Origin: Octopus vulgaris | Taxonomy: Eukaryota | Assembly: GCA_951406725.2 (NCBI GenBank) | Contig: OX597827.1 | Location: 6,448,001-6,512,000, forward strand | Direction: 5' to 3' | Length of the DNA: 64,000 nucleotides | Part shown: positions 53,496 to 64,000 of the stretch, piece by piece | Layout of the letters: each line of letters opens with the position of its first letter | Position numbering within the stretch: position 1 is the first letter of the stretch | Position numbers and translations under genes: made by a program | Notes under the pieces: generated by a model | What the model saw: only the letters and a program-made list of their open reading frames with translations | Told to the model about the DNA's origin: nothing | The model's database searches: none

Positions 53496-53979
53496 CTTCT
53501 TCTTCTTCTTCCAATCAGGACTCATGCCATTAGCCACAAAGAATAATCTCTAATTCAAGCCTACTCTAAGCTACAAAGAATGCGTGTGGCAACTTGAAGA
53601 TCCCCCCACTGCACGCGATAGACTGGCGGTTGCACGGGCGCGAAAGCTACATTGTTATCCTCATTCCGTAAATGGTGGCTTTTAACGGGTGGAGAGCTGA
53701 ACCATCCTTGGGTACAAAGGATTCGCAATCTAGACTAGGGTTTGAAAGTTTACCACACCATAGTGGGTTATACCATGGTTCCTCTGCTTTGTGGCAGAAG
53801 TAGGAAGAAAGAGTGAAAGAAAGTTGTGGTGAAAGAGTACAGCGGAGTTCACCGCCCACCTCGCCGGAGCCTCGTGGAGCTTAGGTGTTTTTGCTCAATA
53901 AACACTCACAATGCCTGGTCTAGTAATCAAAACCGCGTTCTTACGGCCGCAAGTCTACCACTGGGCCATTGTGCCTCCA
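53496..53979 (-). mobile_element. Family C SINE, tail 2 with (GAA)n end
   Basis: Head and body match the 51112 copy up to about gtactctttcaccac...actctttcttc, then a different ~300-bp tail shared with 21576-21870. Confidence 0.88.
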
Positions 53980-55854
53980 CTCTGATGGTGTTGACATTGA
54001 TAACTTCAGTTCATCCCTAACCAAGAAGACTTACAATGGAAAGACATCCTAACTGTGATCATCCTATCTTTTTAAGAACATCTAGGATTCTTTTTAATAT
54101 CAAGGTGCAATTTTGAGGGATATTTGGCTACTTTTTCTAACAGGTTGGGTGACCATGTCAACGGATCATCATGGTGCATGGTATCTAGTATTAGAAAGAT
54201 GTGTAGTCTGGTGACTGAGACTGGCTGGATTAGTCAATAGAATTTCTTTTGTATCTTATTACCAATATCACTAAATCTCTCTCTTGCTCACACTCACTAT
54301 CAAACTTCTTACACCAGTGTTGCCCATGATTAGTAATTACATCTAGGGATATAAAGACATCCTTAAATTCTTTGCTGGCAGCAACAGCATAATAGTATTG
54401 ATGATAGAATACAAAATGCAAATATTAGGATCAGTTTTTCAGTTGCATAACTGTGATCCTTGTGAAACATAAACTGCATTTGAAATATAATTACAGAAAA
54501 CAGTTTGATTTTCAGGGATGATTCTAGATACTAAAGACCATACTAAGAATAGTCAATTGTTGAAAAAATATACCAACATTTGTTAGAAGCCATAGAGATG
54601 GAATAGTTATCACTCTTAATTTATAAGGTTCGTTGTTGACAGAAAATACAATTAGAGAATTTATCTTCATCATCAGCTTTTTGAATTGATGTTCACTTGT
54701 ATGAATCAGATAAATTGTGTCGTGGCAGATTTTCTATGGTTTAATGATCTTCCTTTTTCTTTCCACTCAATAAAATTGCAACTTAGTCTGAGATACACAT
54801 TTTATATTTGTATGTTTTACAATTATACAATATTATATAGAATAGATCCTGCTTTATAAATCCACTGATAATAAATCCACCCGCTTAAAATATCCAAAAT
54901 GGGGTGGGACAGAATTTTTACACAACAAAATCTCTCGTTTGATAAATCCAAACCATTGCTTAGTAAATCCAATTGTCGCTGCTTCTTCCTAAAGTGTCAA
55001 CAAGTGGCAGCAAATAAATAAATCCTTAAAAATCCTTAAAATGTTTTAGCCCGAAGGCCGCGGCCATGCTGGGGCACCACCACTGGAAGTGCTTTTTTTT
55101 CACTCTTAAATACTGATAGGTAGGCTCCAGCAGCTACAGCCACCCATCTGTCTGTCACATGGTACATTCCGTCATTCAAAAATAGATCAATAAATATGTA
55201 ATAGTTGGTGGTGGCTGCTGGAGCCTACCACTAAATCTTATCATTCAAGTAAAAAAGTAGGCTCTGGGACACCTCTTGTCAAAATTAAGGGCAAAAAAAT
55301 ACACATCATTCGTGCAGAGAGGCAGACACACACACAAATTGTTCAAAATGTTCAAAAGGGAAAGAGAGAGCAGGACAGGTCCGTGACAGAAAACATTAAA
55401 TCGTTAAAACGTTACAAAGCTCTTGAGAAAACAACTCAGTGGGAAGCAGCACAGAGTTTGGGAATTGCAAGAGGTCTGCTCCAGAATTTGCTAAAGAATG
55501 AGGATGTCCTTCGTGTCAAAGAACACAATGGCTGTCACATCAAAGAGAAAGTTCCAACGAGAGGGAAAGGACCAACAGATAGACAATGTTCTCTATGATT
55601 GGTTTCAATTTATTCGCTCAAAAAACGTCCCCATCAATGGCCTGATCCTGATGCACAAAGCCAATACGATTGCTCAAGATGCTGAACATGATTTTGAGGC
55701 ATCTGAAGGTTGGTTTTATAGTTTTACTGTTGGCAAAAAAGACATGGAATATGGAATCCCTTTTTACTGTTCTAAAAGGTAAGCTTTGTAGTTCACTAGT
55801 TAACATTTCTCTTTAGAGAAACTAAACATTTCATAATTAGCAGGTAATGCAGCA

Positions 55855-56034
55855 GAAGCTGTTGTCAAGGAAGCTGACGTCAATGGAGCTGATGTCAATG
55901 AAGCTGATGTCAATGAAGCTGACGTCAATGGAGCTGATGTCAATGAAGCTGATGTCAATGAAGCTGATGTCAATGGAGCTGATGTCAATGAAGCTGATGT
56001 CAATGGAGCTGATGTCAATGAAGCTGATGTCAAT
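55855..56034 (+). repeat. 15-bp minisatellite, 12 copies, in the transposase frame
   Basis: g(a/g)agctga(t/c)gtcaat, encoding (E/G)ADVN. Confidence 0.97.
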
Positions 56035-56480
56035 GGAGCGCATCAATTTTGTGAGGCAACGATGCAGTTTTTGCTGAAATTGTACTAGCCACAGGACATC
56101 TACAACACTGATGAAACTGAGATCTACTTTCGTGAATTACCAGGGAATGCACATGTCAGCGAGAGTCGCAAGAAAACTGTGAGAAGCTTTAAAACAGCAA
56201 AGAACCCATGTGACCTTGATGGTGGCCTGCAACAGGAATGGAGACAAAGAAGACTTGCTCTTAATCAGAAAGGTTGGTTCACCAAGATGCTTCAAAAATG
56301 TCAAAACACCTCCAATTCAGTACGATTTTTTAACCTACGCTTGGATGACAGAAAAAATCTATGGAAGATGGCTCAAATCTTGGAATCGTCGTTTGCAGGA
56401 ATCTGGAAGACAAGTGGTGGCCCTACTTGACAATTGCTCTCCTTATGTAGACATCGATGATCTCAAGAATATCACTTTAA

Positions 56481-56700
56481 CCCTTTAGTGTTCGCATTAT
56501 TCTGCCAAAATTAATCCTTTTTTTCCACATTGTTTTGAACTAATCATGCATTATCTTGTAGCTATGAGATTTTGATGAGGTAGCTGTTAATTTTTAAAAC
56601 GATATTGTAGGTTTGGTGTGAGAGACCAGATATGGCCAGTTTGAACATAAAACAAGCAGAATACTTTTGGCCGGATATGGCCGGTTTAAATGCTAAAGGG
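56481..56700 (+). mobile_element. piggyBac-like TTAA MITE, family 2
   Basis: TTAA|CCCTTTAG...CTAAAGGG|TTAA. Removal restores the frame LKNITLKFLPCKTS. Confidence 0.92.
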
Positions 56701-56885
56701 TTAAAATTTCTTCCCTGCAAAACGTCAGTGCTGCAGCCCTGTGGCATGGGGATAATTAAGACCTTGAAAGCCTACTTCAAAAATGAAATGTATGAGATCA
56801 TTGATGTTATGGAAGACACCGAAACATGAAATTTTTGCCCAAGAAGTTGCCAAGCAGATCACCATTTTGGATGCCATGTACATGC

Positions 56886-56988
56886 ATCAGTCATCTGACT
56901 GTGGCCATGCTGGAGCACCACCTTTAATCGAGCAACTTGACCCCGGAACTTATTCTTTTGTAAGCCCAGGACTTATTCTATCGGTCTC
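56886..56988 (-). mobile_element. Family A SINE 3' fragment inside the transposase
   Basis: tcagtcatctgactgtggccatgctggagcacc...ctatcggtctc. Confidence 0.8.
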
Positions 56989-57356
56989 ACTTGGGTAAGT
57001 GTCTAACATAGCTTGTTAGAAGATTTCTAGCCAGACAATCAAACATTGTTGGCCCAAAGTTGGTTTTGTTTCAGCTGAGGAATCAAATGAAGCCACAGAC
57101 GTTAATGAAGATTTGTTCCTGCATTTACTGCCGACTGGATTGACCAAAAAGCAATTTGAGAACTGGTTGTCCGTAGATGATGGTGCTATTGTTGTTGTTG
57201 CTCCAGAGATCATCACTAAAGGGGAAAAACTAGAGGAGATAATTCGTGACATTCAGCAATCTGAGAAGGAAACTGAAGGAGATGAAGATGGCAATTGCAA
57301 CATTGATGTTGATGAAAAGGTTCCAGAGCCTCCAACACCAGCTGAAATGAGACACT

Positions 57357-57764
57357 CTTTACTCTTTTACTCTTTTACTCTTTTACTTGTTTCAGTCATT
57401 TGACTGCGGCCATGCTGGAGCACCGCCTTTTAGTCGAGCAAATCGACCCCGGGACTTATTCTTTGTAAGCCCAGTACTTATTCTATCGGTCTCTTTTGCC
57501 GAATCGCTAAGTGACGGGGACGTAAACACACCAGCATCGGTTGTCAAGCAATGCTAGGGGGACAAACACACACACACAAACACATATATATATATACATA
57601 TATACGACAGGCTTCTTTCAGTTTCCGTCTACCAAATCCACTCACAAGGCATTGGTCGGCCCGGGGCTATAGTAGAAGACACTTGCCCAAGATGCCACGC
57701 AGTGGGACTGAACCTGGAACCATGTGGTTGGTTAGCAAGCTACTTACCACACAGCCACTCCTGC
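57357..57764 (-). mobile_element. Family A SINE inside the transposase C-terminus
   Basis: Near-consensus copy flanked by acact/acact. Removal gives EMRHCLTRLENGL. Confidence 0.92.
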
Positions 57765-58511
57765 ACACTGTCTCACTCGATTAGAAAATGGCCTTGAAAG
57801 TTTTAATTTCAGTGACATGAATCTTTTTAGAACTCTTAAGGAAAAAAAAAATCAATGCAGAGTTGCAAACAATGTGTTCTGCTTTGTTTATCCTGGTGTT
57901 TGAGAGTAATTTGGCTATAGTTTGTAAATTTGAGGGTAATTTGGCTATAGTTTCTTGCAGGTTGAGCAACCATGTAAAAACCTATTGTTCGCTTGGTATC
58001 TATGCATTTGTGGGCGTGTCTGTGTATGCTTGTGTGTACATGAATGTGTCTGTGTTTGTTGTATGTATGCATGTGTGTGGTTCTGTGTGCACCTGTGTAC
58101 GACTCTGCACATATATATGAGAGTTTATGCGGTAGGGAACTGCATGTGTATGTGTCAGGTGGTTCTGTGCATATGTGCGTATATAAATGTTGCCATGTGT
58201 AATTGAGTGCTTGTATGTGTAGAGATAGAAGCATGTCATGCTGCTGCACAATATGAGTAAACATCTTTGTATATCAAACCATTAACAACATTGATATTTA
58301 CAGAGATTTAAAGACAAAATCTGATACTAAAAACAGTTATGTTAAAGCTGAATAAACAAAACTTATGCAGAAGAAACTACGTTTTGGCAAATTAGCAATA
58401 ATAAGCTGGAAAATCTAAATTTACTTCTTAAGATATTTCCTTTCTTTCTCTAAAATCATTTCCATACACATCCATAGCTTCTTCATGGTTTTTAGAAATA
58501 GCAACGAAATA

Positions 58512-58930
58512 GGCACAGGAGTGACTGTGTGGTAAGTAGCTTGTTTACCAACCACATGGTTCCGGGTTCAGTCCTACTGCGTGGCACCTTGGGTGTCTTC
58601 TACTATAGCCTCGGGCCGACCAAATCCTTTTGAGTGGATTTGGTAGACGGAAACTGAAAGAAGCCCGTCGTATATATGTATATATAATATATGTATGTGT
58701 GTGTGTTTGTGTGTCTGTGTTTGTCCCCCTAGCATTGCTTGACAACCGATGCTGGTGTGTTTATGTCCCCGTTACTTAGCGGTTTGGCAAAAGAGACCTG
58801 ATAGAATAAGTACTGGGCTTACAAAGAATAAGTCCCGGGGTCGAGTTGCTCGATTAAAGGCAGTGCTCCAGCATGGCCACAGTCAAATGACTGAAACAAG
58901 TAAAAGAGTAAAAGAGAGTAAAAGAGTAAA
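58512..58930 (+). mobile_element. Family A SINE, full length
   Basis: Full homology to the other copies. Confidence 0.92.
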
Positions 58931-59119
58931 TCTTTAAAAAAGTGAAGTATGCATCATACTTTACTCTATGCACCATGGCTGAAAAAGAAAAACAAAAAAA
59001 ACAAAACCCAGAGAAAACAGACTGGGTGTATATAGCTGGAATGCCTTTGATCATAAATCTGTTCAGTCAGGACAAACTTGGGGTTTAACAATAATAATGG
59101 CAACAACCACAACTACCAG

Positions 59120-60590
59120 TTGACAGCAGCATGTTAGATAAACTAAAGCAATTATGGATATGAAAGCAGAGAAAGCTGCTGGTCCATCAGAAATTACTGT
59201 TGAGGTGCTTAAAATATCTGGTGGAGTCACCCAGTATAGTAAATCAGGTTATACAGGAAAGTGTCATGCCCAACAACTAGTACAGCAGTACTGTAGTCAA
59301 CCATTACAAGGGTAAAGTAATTACAGGGGTACCAAATTGTTGAACAAGGTCATTAAAGTTATGGAGAGTGTTATAGTCAAATTAATTAGGAACAGAATGA
59401 AACCAGATGAGATACCAAATAATTTCATATCAAGAAGTACTATTGATGCCCTGTTTCTAGCAAGAGGTATTTAGCTCAAAGCAAGACACTGTACTTGTCA
59501 TTTGTTGACCTGGCCTCTATTGACCAGGCCTCTTACTCTGTGATTTGCTAGTCCCCAAGGAAGTTAGGAGTGGATGAATGGCTTGTGAAAGCCATACAAT
59601 CAATGTGCAGGGGTGTTGTTAGTAAGGGGAGAGTTGGTAGTGAGTACAGCAACGAATTTTGGTGTACAGGTAGGAGTTCACCAGGGCTTGGTTCTCAGTC
59701 CTCTCATGATAGTCCTCCAAGATATAAATGAGGAACTTAAGACTGGTTGCTTTTGTGCCTTTGGAAACTATTATATGCTGATGATCTTATTCTTATAACA
59801 AAATCTGTTGTAAAATTAGAAAATAAATTGCAGGTGTGGAAACAAAACCTAGAATTAAAGGGCCTAAAAGTCAAGTTAACAAAGACCAAAATTCTAGTTT
59901 GCCAGAAAACAGCCAGAACTCTACTCTCTTCAGGAAAATGGCCCTAATTAATCGGTAGAAATTCCATGCAGTATACTCAGTGCAAGTTATGGATGCAGAA
60001 AATGTGCAGTGAAATTACAGGAAGTAGACTTTATTTGCAGCAGTGGTGCAGGAGCAATAAGCACTATGATTAAATAGGAAATAGATTTTCTTGAATGCCC
60101 ATCAGGCTCCCTAGGGGTAGCAGATAGTTTCCATTACTTGGTTGAACTAATTGGCAGTGGAAGAGGATATAACGGAAGTATAGCTGTTAGTATAAGAACA
60201 GAATGGAGAAAGCAAAAGAATAGGAGTAAGAAAAGCCTTTCTTCTACAAAGTCAGGTTGTATGATGCTTGTGTATGAATAAATGGTAATGACACATGATT
60301 GTGAGGCACAATATCAGTATGCAAGTATGACAAAAAGTGTGAATGTACAGAGAGAAAAGTTGGGCATAAAAGAAATCAGATGTAGTGTGCAAGGATAAGA
60401 ATGGTTGAATAAAGAGGTGCCAATCCCTAAATATGGATGGAACTTATGAAAGGGGGAGACCCAGGAAGACATAGGACAAAATAGTAAAGGCTGATCTCAA
60501 GATGCTGAGTGTCATAGATGAGATGACAAACAACCAAGATGATTTGGAGTTTGTTGTTCTTGAGAAGCCCTGTTTGACTTGACAAAAGTG
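59120..60590 (+). pseudogene. Decayed RTE-clade LINE reverse transcriptase and 3' end
   Basis: MKAEKAAGPSEI, NYRGTKLL, LYLSFVDL, GVHQGLVLSPL, LLYADDLIL..LELKGLKVKLTKTK, with many frameshifts. Confidence 0.88.
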
Positions 60591-60774
60591 AGGTCTTAAG
60601 GGAATTATGCTGAAGTCTATACACTCACTGGGCTCAATCCTTGCACCCAATCTATTCCCTTCACTCATCTAATGGCTACTTTTTTGCTGTTATAATTGTA
60701 TGAGAATGTTATAATTATGAGAATGTTATAATGTTATAATTATATGAGAATAAAATATACATATATTTCATACC

Positions 60775-60971
60775 TATTTCTTTATTACCCACAGAACGGA
60801 CAAACAAGGACAGACATAGGTATTAAGTCAATTATATCAACCCCAGTGCGTAACTGGTACTTAATTTATCGATCCCGAAAGGATGAAAAGCAAAGTCGAC
60901 CTCGGCGGAATTTGAACTCACAACGTAACGCATTTCCCCCGGCGTGCTAACGTTTCTGCCAGCTCGCCGCC
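60775..60971 (-). mobile_element. Family B SINE, tail 1, 13-bp TSD
   Basis: TSD tatatttcatacc at 60762-60774 and 60972-60984. Confidence 0.9.
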
Positions 60972-61849
60972 TATATTTCATACCATTTTGTGCTACCATT
61001 TACCTCCCTGTTCCTTAGAAACACATCCTTTAAAACTCCACCCCTCATTCTCAATATCAGCCCTTCCTACTTTATTTCATACCAATTATCCCTTTCTGTT
61101 TTTCCCTCTCCATCTTAGGACTGTTATTGCATTATCTCTAACACCCTCTCCTATTATTCTACCATTCTCATCATCCAGTAATATCTATCATCAACAGCTT
61201 ATACCAACTTTTGTATCCCATACATTATAGCCATCCCTTTGTACCTCTAACATCTATCTCTGTCATTGTACATATCTTTCCTTTGCACCTCCACCCTCCT
61301 ACCTCATGCATCATCCCCATATTTTTCAGTTTACCCTCAGGTTTAATATACTACTACTTACCTCCCTTCCTGCACTACCACTTCTCACTTCTCTTCTGAG
61401 CTACTCCTATTATTTCACCTTCTCCCTACCCCCATACTGCTACTTACCATCAAACCCACCTCCACCCTTATTTCATTCACTTCCACATTCATCTCTAACT
61501 ATATTTCACTCTCTCTTCATACACTAATAAACTTTTCAATTAACAAAACATCACTAAATTCCAATACATAATTAACATGCATTAAATCTTGATGGAACAA
61601 ACTTGCATACATATGCAGATTCAGCTAAAAAGATCACAGGGAGCAGCATATTTAGAATAAAAAGCAGTAAAGCATAGATTTAACAAATAGTTTATAATTT
61701 AATTTTGCTCAAAAGTTCTCTCAATAATATAATGCATTATTATATTACAAAAATACATAACTAAATATTTCAATGAAATATATAATTATGTAAACTGATA
61801 TTTTATGCCATTGAAACAGCTGTTGTGCACAATTAAATTATGACTTAAG

Positions 61850-62348
61850 GAGACCTATAGAGTCAAGTACATCAACATCAAAATAAATGTCAAATGGAAA
61901 TTGTAGTTGTGATACCTGTGCCGGTGGCATGTAAAAAGCACCATCTGAACGTGGTTGTTGCCAGCACCACCCTGACTGGCTTCTGTGCCGGTGGCACGTA
62001 AAAAGCACCAACCAATTGTGGCCGCTGCCAGCACCTCCTGGCACGTAAAAAGCACCAACCGATCGTGGCCACTGCCAGCACCCCCTGGCACATAAAAAGC
62101 ACCAACCGATTGTGGCCACTGCCAGCTCCCCCCTTAGCACCTGTGCTGGTAGCACGTAAAAAGTACCCACTACACTCATGGAGTGGTTGGCGTTAGGAAG
62201 GGCATCCAGCTGTAGAAACGTTGCCAGATCAGACTGGAGCCTGGAGCAGCCTCCTGGCTTCCCAGACCCCGGTCGAACCATCCAACCCATGCTAGCACGG
62301 AAAACGGATGTTAAACGATAATAATGATGATGATGATGACGATGATGA
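61850..62348 (+). mobile_element. RTE 3' UTR fragment with amplified internal unit and (GAT)n tail
   Basis: ggca(c/t)(g/a)taaaaagcacc-like unit occurs 5 times. Confidence 0.82.
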
Positions 62349-62634
62349 ATTTAATGTGAAATTGCTGCTTTTCCATTTTTTATTCTCTCACTCGTTCCCT
62401 GTATTTTTTTACTCTCTCCCTCTCTCTCTCTCTCCTCTCACTTTCTTTCTCTGTATGTGTGTGTATTCATGTCTTTGTGATTGTGTGTGTGTGTGTTTGT
62501 GCGTGTGTGTGTGTGTGTGTGTATGTGTGTGTGCATAAAGAGAGAGACAGACAGAAACAAATGTTTGCACACCTATACAATAGTATCTGCACAAAATGTT
62601 TACAGTATCTTATTAATTAAGTAATTCTAATTAA

Positions 62635-62854
62635 CCCTTTTGTTACTGCATTTATTTTGAGATGCTCTGTGTTTCTTTCAGTTACTTTAAATATAACAAA
62701 GAATTTCGTAAAATAACTTAGTTATCATTCAGCTAGTGTTAGGAACATAAATTGTGACTGAGGTTTGGTGGAAGATTTTAATTGAAAACTTATGAAAACA
62801 AGACATTTGTACTCAGAGCCAAAGGCGGTTTCGGCAGGGTTGGTCACGAAAGGG
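62635..62854 (-). mobile_element. piggyBac-like TTAA MITE, family 1
   Basis: TTAA|CCCTTT...AAAGGG|TTAA; reverse homologue of 29384-29604. Confidence 0.88.
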
Positions 62855-63354
62855 TTAAATACATATATATAATATATTGCAATATATTTTATTGTTTTCA
62901 TTTACATAATATTTACAAAATGATTTTTTTCTCAAGTTCTTTACATTAATGTCAACATTTGTGTTATTACAATATGTGGTACTCCACATTAGTGTATAGT
63001 CTGTACTCTTAGCTGTACTCCTAGATCAAGTACCAATATATTGGCTATTACTGTTTTGCAGTTGCTGTCTGCTTTTCTCACAATATTCTTATGATTCTTA
63101 TGTGCTTGATGCCTTTATTAAGGCTACATTTGAAGTTGATGCTGTTACCGCTGTTGTTATTATTACTGGTCAGTCCCAGGTTACTCTTGATTAAGCTATT
63201 TTCCCTTCATGACCATCCCAGGAGAATCTACCATTACATCATCCGATGTATCCTTTCTCCTTTTTTTTTAGTGCAGTGTGATTTGAAGTAGACTTGGCTA
63301 CTCTACTGGCAATTTGAGCAACCACTTAGATGATTTCTCAGTGGCTCAATGTTC

Positions 63355-63538
63355 ATGCTTGCCTACCAACCACATGGTTCCAGGTTCAGTCCCACTGCGT
63401 GGCACCTTGGGCAAGTGTCTTCTACTATAGCCTTGGGCTGACTATAGCCTTGGGCTGACTAAAGCCTTGTGAGTGGATTTGGTAGACAGAAATTGAAAGA
63501 AGCCCGTTGTATATATATATATATATATATACACACAC

Positions 63539-63632
<94 letters not shown>

Positions 63633-63850
63633 TTGTGTGTCTGTATTTGTCTCCCCAACATCGTTTCACAACCGATGCTGGTGTGTTTACATCCCCGTCA
63701 CCTAGCGGTTTGGCAAGAGAGACTGATAGAATAAGTACTGGGCTTACAAAGAATAAGTCCTGGGGTCGATTTGCTCGACTAAAGGCTGTGCTTCAGCATG
63801 GCCACAATCAAATGACTGAAACAAGTAAAAGAATAAAGAAAGAATAAAGA
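63355..63850 (+). mobile_element. Family A SINE with a short internal duplication and expanded (TA)n
   Basis: actatagccttgggctg occurs twice at 63424-63458. Confidence 0.9.
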
Positions 63851-64000
63851 ACTGTTCTTTAAATATTCAAAGTTTGAAATTGAATATATTCCTGTTGTAA
63901 TTAATTACATATGATTTCATACATATATATATTGTAAATCAGCTATCAGGAAACTTTGTTGCCTTCAACCATTCTTGAAGTGGAATATTTCCCTGATGTG

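Larger units (their letters stand above)
54838..57880 (+). mobile_element. Decayed pogo/Tigger DNA transposon (CENP-B-type HTH + DDE transposase pseudogene) with nested insertions
   Basis: TQWEAAQSLGIARGLLQNLLKN; IDNVLYDWF..RSKNVPING...FEASEGW; IYNTDETEIYF; LLDNC; FLPCKTSVLQPCGMGII; acidic C-terminus. Multiple frameshifts and stops. ataaatcca subterminal repeats at the 5' end. Confidence 0.9.

Noticed and set aside
55779-55840. GTAAGC...TTAG intron inside the pogo transposase
   Set aside because: Splicing does not restore the frame into AGNAAEA. A small insertion with decay explains it better.

Overview
This is AT-rich, repeat-dense eukaryotic DNA, most likely from an octopus (coleoid cephalopod). 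That attribution is inferred from the tRNA-derived SINE families and the extreme microsatellite load; no database search was run. No intact protein-coding gene, rRNA, true tRNA or CRISPR array is visible, and almost all ORFs in the track are microsatellite or SINE artefacts. The window holds at least four SINE families (A-D here), 3' fragments of RTE, R4/Dong-like and L1/Tx1 LINEs, a decayed pogo/Tigger transposase with three nested insertions, a mariner fragment, several MITEs and minisatellites. The most interesting signals are: a type I hammerhead-ribozyme-like fold at 38.2 kb (Penelope-like terminus); a SINE subfamily with a near-fixed 13-bp target-site duplication; head/tail swapping among SINEs; a 61-bp duplication with a snap-back junction; long fold-back hairpins; two well-formed + strand micro-exon candidates; and a GC-box/CCAAT/X-box promoter-like island. 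The window may be a large intron of a + strand gene (inference).
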